Shown in pieces: positions 29,336 to 39,927 of a DNA stretch of 64,000 nt. A model generated the notes under the pieces. It ran no database searches. It saw nothing but the letters and a program-made list of their open reading frames with translations, and was not told the DNA's origin. Where the stretch lies: the sequence record PQ604604; one strand, 5' to 3'. This DNA is from Escherichia phage ECP_WGS_SA1. Position numbers and translations under genes: made by a program. Each line of letters begins with the position of its first letter. The first letter of the stretch is position 1.

Positions 29336-30208
29336 TTGAAAAAGAGAATACTTAAAGTCACCTTATCCATGCCGGATGGCACAAGCCAAGTGATTGACGA
29401 AGGATTGATGCTTAGATGCCGAATCAAAAAGGCAGCACTTTCCGTTCAGAATAAGGCCACGATTGAAGTTGCAGGATTAACAGGGTACTTGAGAGAGTAC
29501 CTGCTTTCCAACTTCACGGCATTCAACAAACGTCTGCGTGATCAAGGCCAGCTGGCGGCGAACTACGTAAACGTGACTATTGAAGCTGGATACAGAGAAG
29601 GGAGTGTAATCAGCAGCAACTTGGTATACAAGGGACAGGTGACGACAGTTGAGATAACAGCGCCGCCGCCGAATATTGTCATCAGAATCACTTGCTACAC
29701 CAACCAAATAAACAGAACTAAGTTCATCACTCAAGCTGCGCCATCCAACCCGACTTTCAAAGAGTTTGTGGAATGGTCTGCAAAACAAATGGACATCGAT
29801 ACTGTTATTTGCGATACGTCGATTAACAATCAGCGACTTGTGAATCCAGGAAGAACGACATATGTTGCTGCTGCGCTGCTGCTTGAGATCCAGAACTATC
29901 AACGCAACTCCATCGCGGCATACATTGATGACGATACGTTAATTGTCAAGGATAAAGACAAAATTCTAAATCCAGACCAGATTACGGTCATTGAGGAATT
30001 TGTCGGAATACCGATGTGGAACGAGTGGGGTGCAGACTTCACTTGTATGTATAACGCAGATTTGAAGCTTGCACAAGGTGTTAAATTCAAATCAGTCTTA
30101 AACCCAAGCTTGAACGACACCACATTTGTCATCATGCAACTTGAATATGATTTAGCAAGTCGTGATGATATATTTACGGTGACGGGCGGCGTTGCACCAT
30201 CGGCATAA
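29336..30208 (+). CDS. Putative baseplate or distal tail protein; start uncertain
   Basis: ORF after tape measure. Confidence 0.4.
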   Translation: MKKRILKVTLSMPDGTSQVIDEGLMLRCRIKKAALSVQNKATIEVAGLTGYLREYLLSNFTAFNKRLRDQGQLAANYVNVTIEAGYREGSVISSNLVYKGQVTTVEITAPPPNIVIRITCYTNQINRTKFITQAAPSNPTFKEFVEWSAKQMDIDTVICDTSINNQRLVNPGRTTYVAAALLLEIQNYQRNSIAAYIDDDTLIVKDKDKILNPDQITVIEEFVGIPMWNEWGADFTCMYNADLKLAQGVKFKSVLNPSLNDTTFVIMQLEYDLASRDDIFTVTGGVAPSA

Positions 30209-30210
30209 AT

Positions 30211-30732
30211 ATGAGAAAGAATAAAGTAATTGACTTGTTTGGCGTTACTTATGAAATTCATCAATTCAGCGCAATAGATGCATTCGAAATGGTGGACGAC
30301 ATAAGCATATTAACTCCACTTGAATTATTGAGTGAATGTTATGTCATCAAATATGACGGGTCCAAAGTAAGGCTTAATTCTGAAAAAGTAATTAGTGAGG
30401 AAGTGAAAAGCATACCTAATCACTTGCCGCCTAATCTTGTGTTGAAAGTATTAATGGAAGCAGTTAAAAAGCACAACTTTGGATTCCTTAGCGATTGGAA
30501 AGGCACCAAGATTCCAAATAGATTCTTGGCGGATGCACCGACAGTAGAGCCTAATTATCTTGAGCCAATGGTTGCAAGTCTAATAAATAACGGCCTTGCC
30601 TCTTTAAAGGAGTTGGAAGAATACTATTCATTGCGTGATGCATTTGCCATGTTTGATGGTTTAATAGCAAAATCACTTAATGAAGCCTACTCAAACGAAG
30701 CTGCCATTAAAGAATCAAAGTCAAATCGCTAA
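30211..30732 (+). CDS. Hypothetical tail protein, 173 aa
   Basis: ORF. Confidence 0.4.
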   Translation: MRKNKVIDLFGVTYEIHQFSAIDAFEMVDDISILTPLELLSECYVIKYDGSKVRLNSEKVISEEVKSIPNHLPPNLVLKVLMEAVKKHNFGFLSDWKGTKIPNRFLADAPTVEPNYLEPMVASLINNGLASLKELEEYYSLRDAFAMFDGLIAKSLNEAYSNEAAIKESKSNR

Positions 30733-30789
30733 AATATTGCTTATAGACTCCTTATAGATTATAATTTGTTGATCATATATAAGGAGTCT

Positions 30790-31518
30790 ATGATGGCAGA
30801 AAAGTTAACCCAACTTACAAGCCCCAACCAAACTGACAAATCAAGTATGTTTGCCGCTCTGCAGGGAATGCTGGACCGTGGCAAGTATACCACTGATGGC
30901 ATGATTCCTGCGCAAGTAATATCTTATGACCGCAAGAAAAATTTAGCAGTCATAAAACCTGTTATTCATTTCGTAAGTCTTGATGATAAGCCAGTGGAGC
31001 GTCAACCTTTGGTGTCAATTCCGGTACTGGCAATCGGCGGCGGCGGCTTCGTGATCAACTTCCCTTTGAAGGAAGGGGACTTGGGCTGGATATTCGCTGG
31101 CGACCGCGAGTTGTCGACATTCCTTGAAGAATTGAAGCCGACTGCGCCTACCAATGGCCGTGTAAAAACTTTCGCTGATGGACTGTTCATACCGGATGTA
31201 TTCCGAAAATACACCATAAGCGGAGAGGATGCAGGGTCAATGGTAATTCAATCCCTCAGCGGCGCTGTGAGAATTGCACTAAGCGATGACTCAATAAACA
31301 TAAATGCGTCTGCTGGAGTAAACGTCAAGACCCCGATAACCACTATCGATCAACAATTGATAGTAAATGGAAAGGCAACATTCAATGGTGGGATAGAAGG
31401 CAAAGAAGGAACGACGGCAACGCTTCCGACTGGCACAACGGTCGGCGGCATTGATGTATCCACTCACGGGCATATCGGTAACGGGCCTGGAAACAGAACT
31501 GGGAATATGATAGAATGA
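30790..31518 (+). CDS. Putative baseplate protein
   Basis: ORF with AAGGAG RBS. Confidence 0.4.
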   Translation: MMAEKLTQLTSPNQTDKSSMFAALQGMLDRGKYTTDGMIPAQVISYDRKKNLAVIKPVIHFVSLDDKPVERQPLVSIPVLAIGGGGFVINFPLKEGDLGWIFAGDRELSTFLEELKPTAPTNGRVKTFADGLFIPDVFRKYTISGEDAGSMVIQSLSGAVRIALSDDSININASAGVNVKTPITTIDQQLIVNGKATFNGGIEGKEGTTATLPTGTTVGGIDVSTHGHIGNGPGNRTGNMIE

Positions 31519-32786
31519 GTGCACAATATTCTTACATAGTAAGCACTGGTGTGATCACCATTGACACGGCAGATTTATTGGCTGATGTTCAAGGTGAATG
31601 GATTGAGTCTTTAGGGGTCGGGCTTGATGTTGATGCTTCGACGCCGCAAGGCACGCTAATCGCAACAGAGACGTTGGCAAGAACTTCAGTGATGAAGAAC
31701 AATGCCGAATTGGGAAGCCTCATCAACCCTAACTACTCATATGGAGTATACCTTGATGCAATCGCGGCGCTTCTTGGCATCGAGCGCACAAAGAATGTAA
31801 GCACAATGCTGAAAGGTGTGACTGCAGAGGGCACGCCTCTGCTGGAAATTCCTGCTGGAAGTCTTCTTACTGATTCAAATGGTACATACTGGTATGTGCT
31901 GGAAGACGTTCAAATCACTTCGACTGGCAAGACAAGTAATATGACTCTTGCATCAAAAGATTATGGATCATTCACTGTTGCTCCTGATGAAGAGTTTACA
32001 GTGGTGCAAGGTTATGACGTCATCGGATGGTCAAGAACTTATTCAACGTCGGCAACAACGACCGTGCCAGGAACACAATACATGAGCGACGGAGCATTAA
32101 AGGCCGCTCGCGTTAAGCGTCTTTACCAGCAGGGCATTGCATCGCTTGGTGCCATTCGCGCTCGCGCCATGTCGGTCGACGGTGTAGAATCTGTGATGGT
32201 CGTGGAGAACGACACAGGAGCGCCTGGAACGGTGCGCGGCATCACCTTCTCAACGCCTAACGGTGTTTGGGTGTGCGCAAGCGGAACATTTGACAAGCAA
32301 GTGTTTGCGGAGACGATATTCAAGGCGAAGATGGGCGGTCAACCTTGGGACTTTGGCGCTGCTAATCAAGGTGATCCGGTAAACTCGCCTGATGGAATCG
32401 AAGTGGTCGATGCAGAATCACAGCTGTCTTATTTCGTAAAATTCAACACTGCAGTGATATATGATTTGTATGTTGATATAACCGTTTCAAGAGGAACGGC
32501 TACCGCTGATGCTGAGTCTATCATTGCCGCTGTGCTGAATTACGGCAATGGCAATTTTAACGGTGAGCAGGGGTATACAGTAGGGCAATCTCAATCTTCT
32601 TTTGAAATTGCTTCAGCAGTATCCTGCGAATACCCAGGACTTTATATCAAAGATTGCAAAATTGCAGCAGTTAAAAGCGGACAGGCAGCGCCAACTTATC
32701 CTTCCGATTATGGCAGCGAGTGGATTGCCAATCCCTGGGATAAGGCCAATACTATGCGCGGCTTCATCAACGTTAAATTTGTGTGA
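31515..32786 (+). CDS. Putative baseplate protein, 423 aa
   Basis: ORF; position. Confidence 0.4.
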   Translation: MSAQYSYIVSTGVITIDTADLLADVQGEWIESLGVGLDVDASTPQGTLIATETLARTSVMKNNAELGSLINPNYSYGVYLDAIAALLGIERTKNVSTMLKGVTAEGTPLLEIPAGSLLTDSNGTYWYVLEDVQITSTGKTSNMTLASKDYGSFTVAPDEEFTVVQGYDVIGWSRTYSTSATTTVPGTQYMSDGALKAARVKRLYQQGIASLGAIRARAMSVDGVESVMVVENDTGAPGTVRGITFSTPNGVWVCASGTFDKQVFAETIFKAKMGGQPWDFGAANQGDPVNSPDGIEVVDAESQLSYFVKFNTAVIYDLYVDITVSRGTATADAESIIAAVLNYGNGNFNGEQGYTVGQSQSSFEIASAVSCEYPGLYIKDCKIAAVKSGQAAPTYPSDYGSEWIANPWDKANTMRGFINVKFV

Positions 32787-32792
32787 GGAACT

Positions 32793-35531
32793 ATGCAAAA
32801 GTTTGACACAAACCTGTTGCAAAACCTTAAGTGGATGCAGAATAACGCGCCAAACATCACATCTTTGGTTCAGAAGAAGAGTGACTGGTACGAGCGATAT
32901 CAAGATCAGTTTTGGATTGACTGGTACAAGAACATATTCAACATTGATACTTGTGATGCAATGGGCATCTATATTTGGTGTGACATCCTATGCATACCAA
33001 GGGATTTTGTTGACTTAAGCAACTATGAGCACAACTGGGCGTTTGGACCCACACGCGACAACTTCGAAGGGCCGGACAATATCGGCGGCAACTTCTTTGG
33101 TGCTGGCGGAAAGGTTGTGAAAAACATTGAAGAAGCCCGCATCCTTCTGAAGCTTCGTTATCTGACGCTTACAAGTGATGGCCGCATAGAAAGCATCAAC
33201 CGTATGCTTAAGTGGATTTTCAACCGTGGAGAAGATTGGGATTACTCTTCATCGCGCTACGCATATGTGACAGATAATACTCAAGGCGCGGTGTCTTCTT
33301 CTGAATCAACAAACGGTTCATTCCTTCTGTACGACTGGCAGGGGTCAACTGAGATTCAGCACGATTATAAACAAATTCTTTTGAGTCACGGCAACAACGC
33401 AGGACTTACCATAAGTGGGGTGACAGGGACCGTTTCGCGAATGGCACACCCAGACTGGTATTCATGGGGTAATGGGTCCGGCGCTGGTATTGTCGGCGGT
33501 GATACACGCCAATATGGCGGCCCTGACTATTACGGCCAACTGTGCGGTGATTACCCAGGAGAGGCCATAGAGAATTTCGCCAACGCAGTACGGGTCATCA
33601 AGACTGCTTCCAGCGGCGAGCCTGTGTATTCTTTGGCCAGTAATCCAAGTGCCCAATCTATTGCGCTTCCTTCTCAGGCTGGTGTCAACGTTTGCTATAG
33701 CTTCTACATAAAAGTGCTTTCTGAAAACGTGGCTTCTGTTTCCGTAACAGAGAACAGTGATGCATCGAGTAATGGAAAACTTTTCGACCCAGTGACTGGG
33801 CAGTTCAACCTTGACTCTTCTTTGAGTTATTTCATCACAGGCAAGTTCGACGGTGTGAGAAGGGAATCAAACCGTGGTGGCATCAAGGCAATCGGCGGCG
33901 ATTGGTACAGAATCTGGATTGTAGAGCAAACTGCAAACGCGACGGCTGGGGTGAAAACAAGCTTTTCAATTGAGTTGAAAGCAACTGCCGCTGGATCAAC
34001 CCAGACTCGTGAATTGCCTGAAGGGTCTGATGCGCTTCTTTTTGGATACTCCATTTGTGTTTGCGACCCTGTTCAAAATCCTAATGGGCCTGAGCCTTAT
34101 TTCTATGGGACTCAAAATCCTCCTGCAGATGGAACGGCAATTCTGTCTGTTACGGCAGGAACGCTCAACAACATATCTTGCGCAAACGGTCCGTTGACCA
34201 CAAGGAATGGCGTGGTAGGTGAATCATTCATGCAGCCTGGTTCATCGCTTGCATACTCTGGTTCAATCGGCGGCTACCCGTACCCAGGAAACGCAACATT
34301 GATTGCAGAGACAGATGGAATCAGACGCTCATGGAACGTTAGCCGATTGGACGGAGTACCGCCGCCGCCGACCGCTGACTATTACATGGAATATGTCATC
34401 GGACCTTATTTCGCCAACAACTTGTCTGATAACTTTAAGACGCTAGTTGGCGACAGGAATGAAGGATTCTTGCCAGCAAATGCCGGAATACGTTGGCAGC
34501 TTTACCAAGAAGTCGCAGACTTATCTGATATTGATTTGACTGTCAGCAACATAACAGACACGCGAGTTGGATTCGAAACGGAAGGTGTCGCATGGATTAA
34601 CACTGACGGGATCATCAGAGTTGGCGGCATAAACGAGTGGCCGCTGAATGACTTTAAAGGCGTAATACGACAGCTTGAGTCTTTGAAAGGTGTTAACCAA
34701 GTTATCGATGGCGCGCTTGTCAACGACTATTCAATCTCAAAAGCATCAAGAGATGACTTTGGTCGTGAAATCCCACGTGCCGCGATCACAAACTACTGGC
34801 GATACACACAGCCCAATGACGGCACATCTTTTGGCAATATCGTCAAGGACGGAGATAACACGGTAACGGCGACGCCAATCAGCGGTGTGCCCAACCAGTT
34901 CCCATCATTCAAGCTTTCCGCTACAATAGGGACTGTGCCAGCGTCCGGCTATGCACGTGCTGTACTTGCTACTAAATACACTGGCAACCTGACTGGTCCT
35001 TTGTCATTTATCGCAATAGTTAAAAACAACACGGTAAACGGTCAAAAACTTTTCGTAACCGTACCGGATGGTATGGGCGGCTATATCCCTAAATTCTACA
35101 GCATAGGCGCAGGTGATTTGCAACGCATCGAAATTGACCTTGCCGCTGAGATTGTTGCAGGAACGACTTGGGATGGTTCGACAGGTGGAATCAGCATTGG
35201 TTTGATATCAGGGAAAGACTTGCCGACCGAAGTCGGTACGACTCTTGAACTTGATATTTTAAGCTTGATGCTTGTTTCTGGTAATACGATGAATGCGCTT
35301 GCGATTTCAACAAGCGAAGACTTTGCAAAGAAAACTGCAACTTCTATATACATCAAAAACCCAGGGTCATTGGCGACTGGAGTTCAATTGATAGCTTCGA
35401 ATGGGGATGTTGTAGCGACAGTAAACTTTCCAAGAAGTGCTGCTGGCGGTTATGTTTCAAGCATGAATATAACTGACTTAACTGGTGATTGGGCATCAAC
35501 CCTTTTATCAAAAATTAAATACATCGTGTAG
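32793..35531 (+). CDS. Putative tail fibre or baseplate wedge protein, 912 aa
   Basis: Large G/S/T/N-rich ORF with GAGGAA RBS. Confidence 0.45.
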   Translation: MQKFDTNLLQNLKWMQNNAPNITSLVQKKSDWYERYQDQFWIDWYKNIFNIDTCDAMGIYIWCDILCIPRDFVDLSNYEHNWAFGPTRDNFEGPDNIGGNFFGAGGKVVKNIEEARILLKLRYLTLTSDGRIESINRMLKWIFNRGEDWDYSSSRYAYVTDNTQGAVSSSESTNGSFLLYDWQGSTEIQHDYKQILLSHGNNAGLTISGVTGTVSRMAHPDWYSWGNGSGAGIVGGDTRQYGGPDYYGQLCGDYPGEAIENFANAVRVIKTASSGEPVYSLASNPSAQSIALPSQAGVNVCYSFYIKVLSENVASVSVTENSDASSNGKLFDPVTGQFNLDSSLSYFITGKFDGVRRESNRGGIKAIGGDWYRIWIVEQTANATAGVKTSFSIELKATAAGSTQTRELPEGSDALLFGYSICVCDPVQNPNGPEPYFYGTQNPPADGTAILSVTAGTLNNISCANGPLTTRNGVVGESFMQPGSSLAYSGSIGGYPYPGNATLIAETDGIRRSWNVSRLDGVPPPPTADYYMEYVIGPYFANNLSDNFKTLVGDRNEGFLPANAGIRWQLYQEVADLSDIDLTVSNITDTRVGFETEGVAWINTDGIIRVGGINEWPLNDFKGVIRQLESLKGVNQVIDGALVNDYSISKASRDDFGREIPRAAITNYWRYTQPNDGTSFGNIVKDGDNTVTATPISGVPNQFPSFKLSATIGTVPASGYARAVLATKYTGNLTGPLSFIAIVKNNTVNGQKLFVTVPDGMGGYIPKFYSIGAGDLQRIEIDLAAEIVAGTTWDGSTGGISIGLISGKDLPTEVGTTLELDILSLMLVSGNTMNALAISTSEDFAKKTATSIYIKNPGSLATGVQLIASNGDVVATVNFPRSAAGGYVSSMNITDLTGDWASTLLSKIKYIV

Positions 35532-35541
35532 AGGAACGGCA

Positions 35542-37326
35542 ATGCCAACACTTATTAACAGACCTTTCGCGCAAAGCGGTGATGTATCCGTGGTGCCGGA
35601 TGCAAGCCCAAGCGGTTATGTAAACTTCCAGCGCGGCTACACCCCTGACTATGCGCTTGCTCTGGAGGCTGGAAACGTCGCCGCGAAAGCTGTTGAGCGC
35701 GAATCGATGAACTGGTTGCTGAATTTGATCACAGACAACCTTATGTTTATTCAAGATCATGGCGCTCAACAATATTTCTCTTCTGACTTGAAGCCGGATG
35801 GATACCCGAAAAATGCCATCGTTGTCAGCAACTCTGGAACGCCTTCAGCACCTGAGTGGCGCATCTTTCAGAGCGTGGTCGACGGCAACACAAGCGCCGT
35901 ACCAGCTAACGGAGAAACGGAATCTTGGCAGGAATTAACACTGCCCAGCGAAGCGCGAAAATACATTCCGATGCCTGCTGGCGGCGATGCGCAAAACCCG
36001 TACTTTGTTCGCGGATTGATTTCAAGTTTTGTGGACTTCGATAACATCACGACATCCACAACTATCGTCATTCAATCCGATGCCGTCGCCGCTCTGTGCT
36101 CTAACATCCCGAATGCGGTTGGCGCAACGAAGGTTGCAGGTCGACTGCAGGTCTGCGCTTGGCAGGTCGATGCGCAAACCTTTGCCTTGCAGCAATATAC
36201 ATCAATGAATGGCTATTTGTTTACTCGCTCTTATACTTCTGGTGCTTGGAGTGCTTGGATTCAAAATGCCACTGTTCAAGATGTGCAAATTGGAACGCCG
36301 AATCTTGCATCAGGTAAAGGCGCGCAAGATATAATTCTCACCGTTCCAGCAGGGTATTCATGGCCTCCGTCAGCAGGTAGTCGCCTGACAATCGTCAATG
36401 ATGTAACGACTACCGGACCTGTCACCGTGACCATTGGTGTAAACAAAGTTGCCGTTCTTGGATTCGACGGCGGCGAGTTGCCAGCTGGCGCTATCGTAGG
36501 ATTGCTGCCATTCACCATCATTTATGACGGAACTGTTTGGCGTCTCCTTCAGGCGTTTGGCGCGGCGCAAATCGGTGTTGATGCTACTGAGCCGCAACAG
36601 TTTGTTACNNNNNNNNNNNNNNNNNNNNNNGCTGCGAAGTTGATCACTATGGGTGATGTGTTCGAAGTCGGTGAGACTCGATTCCTGACAAACGGGACCA
36701 ACCCAAATACCAAACTGGGTGCTTACGGTCAGGTATGGACGAGACTGCCTGATAACATGGTGATTCGCACGTCCGGCACGGCACGAAACGGTCTTGCCAC
36801 TGGCGGCGCGGACTCTGTTACTCTTACCGCCGCCATGCTTCCTCTCCACAATCACAGCGTGAACATTACCACGCGCCAGAGCGGACCATGGTCCAATACC
36901 ACTGGAGATGCAGGCAATCACAACCACACAGGCGATACAAGCCAAAACGGCGCTCACGTACACGGTATGGATGCNNNNNNNNNNNNNNNNNNNNNNNNNN
37001 NNNNNNNNNNNNNNNNNNNNNNNNNNNNNNNNNNNNNNNNNNNNNNNNNNNNNNNNNNNNNNNNNNNNNNNNNNNNNNNNNNNNNNGATAACTACAAATA
37101 CAACACTTCAACTAATGGCAACCACGTCCATAATATTCAATCTTCTGGATCACACACCCATGGTTTGAATATAAANNNNNCTGGCAATCACAGCCATGGC
37201 TATACCCTTCCCGCTCACACTCACGATGTGGTCGGGAATACTGGCGATGCAGGACAGTCGGTGCCAACGGCTGTTGCGACTTTGCCGCGATACGTTGTTT
37301 TGAATGGCTGGTACAGAAGCGCATAA
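35542..37326 (+). CDS. Putative tail fibre protein with C-terminal histidine-rich HxH repeats; two internal N-runs
   Basis: Repeated GNHNH, HVHG, NHVHN, SHTHG, NHSHG, HTHD in the translation. Confidence 0.5.
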   Translation: MPTLINRPFAQSGDVSVVPDASPSGYVNFQRGYTPDYALALEAGNVAAKAVERESMNWLLNLITDNLMFIQDHGAQQYFSSDLKPDGYPKNAIVVSNSGTPSAPEWRIFQSVVDGNTSAVPANGETESWQELTLPSEARKYIPMPAGGDAQNPYFVRGLISSFVDFDNITTSTTIVIQSDAVAALCSNIPNAVGATKVAGRLQVCAWQVDAQTFALQQYTSMNGYLFTRSYTSGAWSAWIQNATVQDVQIGTPNLASGKGAQDIILTVPAGYSWPPSAGSRLTIVNDVTTTGPVTVTIGVNKVAVLGFDGGELPAGAIVGLLPFTIIYDGTVWRLLQAFGAAQIGVDATEPQQFVXXXXXXXXAAKLITMGDVFEVGETRFLTNGTNPNTKLGAYGQVWTRLPDNMVIRTSGTARNGLATGGADSVTLTAAMLPLHNHSVNITTRQSGPWSNTTGDAGNHNHTGDTSQNGAHVHGMDXXXXXXXXXXXXXXXXXXXXXXXXXXXXXXXXXXXXXXDNYKYNTSTNGNHVHNIQSSGSHTHGLNIXXXGNHSHGYTLPAHTHDVVGNTGDAGQSVPTAVATLPRYVVLNGWYRSA

Positions 37327-37334
37327 GGTGATTT

Positions 37335-37979
37335 ATGATTAATGCAAACGTAATATCTAAAGGGACCGGATGCAGCATGGATGTTGCAGAGAAATGGGTG
37401 GACCCTTTCAAGCAGGCTTGTGAGCACTACGGAATCAAAAGCAAGAATGCCATCGCGGCATTACTTGCAAACGTAGGAGTAGAGACGGGCAGCTTGAAAA
37501 CATTTGTGGAAAATCTCAATTACTCCGCTCAAGGTCTTGCCAATACATGGCCTAGTCGTTACAGCGTCAACGGTCGCTCTGGAAGCGCCCCGAACTCATT
37601 GGCCCTGTCTATTGCCCGTAAACCTGTGGAAATCGCCAATAATACATATGCAAACCGCATGGGCAACGGTTCAGTAGCATCTGGCGACGGTTGGAAGTAC
37701 CGTGGCCGTGGTGCCATTCAGCTGACTGGTAAGGCGAACTATGCGGAATATACGCGCCAATCAGGTTATGATGCATTGAACAATCCTGATATTCTGACTG
37801 AACCAAAATACATCGCTGACAGCGCGGCATGGTTCTTTAAGAATAGCGGCTGTATTCCTCTTGCGGATGCAGGAAATTTTGATTCAACCGTTAAGCGGAT
37901 TAACGGGGCCGCGCCGAACGCAGCAAACCACGGTGAGTTGCGAAGAAAGCGTTACAAAGATGCACTAGCAGTTATGTAA
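37335..37979 (+). CDS. Endolysin, glycoside hydrolase family 19 (chitinase-like)
   Basis: GH19 hallmark GRGAIQLTGKANY; no signal peptide. Confidence 0.75.
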   Translation: MINANVISKGTGCSMDVAEKWVDPFKQACEHYGIKSKNAIAALLANVGVETGSLKTFVENLNYSAQGLANTWPSRYSVNGRSGSAPNSLALSIARKPVEIANNTYANRMGNGSVASGDGWKYRGRGAIQLTGKANYAEYTRQSGYDALNNPDILTEPKYIADSAAWFFKNSGCIPLADAGNFDSTVKRINGAAPNAANHGELRRKRYKDALAVM

Positions 37980-37984
37980 GAAAA

Positions 37985-38011
37985 AGGCCCATATGGGCCT
38001 TTGTTTATTTT
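37985..38011. terminator. Rho-independent terminator (AGGCCCATATGGGCCT stem, T-rich tail), apparently bidirectional
   Basis: Perfect palindrome followed by TTGTTTATTTT; A-run on the other side. Confidence 0.65.
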
Positions 38012-38235
38012 ACGGCTTCAACTTGGACGGGCGGAGCGGAACTTGTATCAATGTCTGGTAAGTCGAAATAATAACCCGCCATACCAATTGCACCCACAAT
38101 CGCGGCCCGTGCCACCTTGTTGCTAATTGACTCCCCAATAAGCTTTACCAACAGGGATAAGATTTGAGACGTCAAAGCCTTTTTCAGCCTTTTGTTTTCT
38201 TCCAAATCTTTCTGCATAACTACCACCCATGTCAA
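38005..38235 (-). CDS. Small protein with one predicted transmembrane segment, 76 aa
   Basis: ORF with 4-bp overlap to the upstream gene. Confidence 0.4.
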   Translation of the reverse strand: MTWVVVMQKDLEENKRLKKALTSQILSLLVKLIGESISNKVARAAIVGAIGMAGYYFDLPDIDTSSAPPVQVEAVK

Positions 38236-38774
38236 CGCACTTCCTGTGTCTTAACATTACCTGAAGCATCTCTCAAGGGCAGTGGATAGTAGGCCATTTG
38301 GTAGTCTGATACGCCTTCAATGTGATAAAACACGATTACGTCTTTGCTGTTGATGAGCATGTTAACGACATCTGATTTATCTTCTGGAGTGAGTATTAGT
38401 GCGCCGCCTGTCCTGCTGTCTACTGCAACAGGGTATGTCTTGTCGACAAGGCCGCTGTCCAATGTATTATACCTGACAACGATTTCAGGGGCATCAACTT
38501 TTGCCATCGACATTCCGAACACAAACGACACGACCTGCCGACCGCGATCATTCATTACGCACATCTTTTCTTTGTCAAATCTTTCTTTTATTACGTCGTA
38601 TTTATTCCAGCAAAACTCAAATGACTGCCCATTGTTAAAATATCTTGTCAACACTTTTGCACTTCCATTCGGCGGCGTAAACATATTTTCAGCCGATGCA
38701 GTCTTGGTGAAGAATATAACTGTCAGCATAGCCATGATGATGATCAAAACAATCTTTAATTTGTTCGCTTTCAT
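38232..38774 (-). CDS. Secreted or membrane-anchored protein, 180 aa
   Basis: N-terminal signal-like sequence MKANKLKIVLIIIMAMLTVIFFTKTASA. Confidence 0.5.
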   Translation of the reverse strand: MKANKLKIVLIIIMAMLTVIFFTKTASAENMFTPPNGSAKVLTRYFNNGQSFEFCWNKYDVIKERFDKEKMCVMNDRGRQVVSFVFGMSMAKVDAPEIVVRYNTLDSGLVDKTYPVAVDSRTGGALILTPEDKSDVVNMLINSKDVIVFYHIEGVSDYQMAYYPLPLRDASGNVKTQEVR

Positions 38775-38850
38775 TATAATTCACCTTTTGATTATGAATA
38801 TTAATAGTATAGGCTTAAGGTTTTGAAAGTAAATACGCCGAAAGTAAATA

Positions 38851-38878
38851 AAAGAAAAGCCGGAAATTTCCGGCTTTG
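38851..38878 (-). terminator. Rho-independent terminator (AGCCGGAAATTTCCGGCT) downstream of the ligase gene
   Basis: Perfect palindrome followed by a T-tract on the minus strand. Confidence 0.6.
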
Positions 38879-38949
38879 TGTATACACTGTATATTAAATT
38901 CTATAAAACGTTGCGATAGATTATACGCACCAATTATTTATCCAGTGTG

Positions 38950-39927
38950 TTAAAAATACTCCATATCGGTAATATCACGGAAGCACTTATACAAGGCAGA
39001 GCGCGGCACGTCAACGATGCCAAAGTTAAAGAATTTATATGTCAGATACTTGTTGCGATAATTCTCGCGATTCTCCCAAAGCATTTTTCTCTCTGCCATA
39101 GGCATTGAACCAGCGGAGACGCGGAAAGGAATCATTTCACCTTTCTCATCAACATATTTTGGATTGACAACCACAAATGATCCAAGGTATCCTTTTGCAA
39201 CCAAGCCTTCAGCCTCTTTCGAACGCTTAGTGCGACCCAACTCATCAATGAATGCTTCGTTGTTGTTCTCCATCATCTCAACGAAGTCTATGATCAGCCC
39301 TTCTTCATCGGTCCACGGCTTGTCCTTCCACACATCACGTGACTTTGGCGTCGCGCGGCCATGCTTGTATTTGCCCGTCCAAGACTTGCCATACAAGCCT
39401 TCATAGCCAAGCTGGTCTGCTTCGATTTGCATCGCCGCGTACTGTTCCATATTTTCGATGTTTCGATATTCGAGAGCGCGAAGGAATGGGCGTCGACCAT
39501 GGTTGATGAGGTGCTGATTGACTTCAGCAACTCTAGCGCGATATTTTGCATAACGCTTTTCAAAAGGCAAATCAGGGTCGCTGAAGTCATCAAACACCCA
39601 CCATGTAAAGTTAGTGATTGCATCAGTGTTCATGCATGCAGTATAGGCCTGTTGCATGACGTTCTTGTCGTTCGGATTACCGTCAATTAGCTCTCCATCA
39701 AGTCCGTGAATCAATTCACCCAAGAATAGGAACTCTTTTTTGATTTGAATATTGCGCAGCGCCATGCCGGACGTGCCCATTGGCAAGTTGTCATACGCCA
39801 TCGCGCGTATGCCATCGACCTTGAAGGATAATCCGCAAGGCAGCGGCACATCTTCGCCGCGCTCGATGATTTGTTTACGCTGGCAGCCTTTCATTGGTTT
39901 TAATGCTTTGATTTCTCCTGCCATCAC
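38950..39927 (-). CDS. ATP-dependent DNA ligase
   Basis: Adenylation motif I KVDGIR near the N-terminus; later EGLVAK-like motif. Confidence 0.65.
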   Translation of the reverse strand: MMAGEIKALKPMKGCQRKQIIERGEDVPLPCGLSFKVDGIRAMAYDNLPMGTSGMALRNIQIKKEFLFLGELIHGLDGELIDGNPNDKNVMQQAYTACMNTDAITNFTWWVFDDFSDPDLPFEKRYAKYRARVAEVNQHLINHGRRPFLRALEYRNIENMEQYAAMQIEADQLGYEGLYGKSWTGKYKHGRATPKSRDVWKDKPWTDEEGLIIDFVEMMENNNEAFIDELGRTKRSKEAEGLVAKGYLGSFVVVNPKYVDEKGEMIPFRVSAGSMPMAERKMLWENRENYRNKYLTYKFFNFGIVDVPRSALYKCFRDITDMEYF

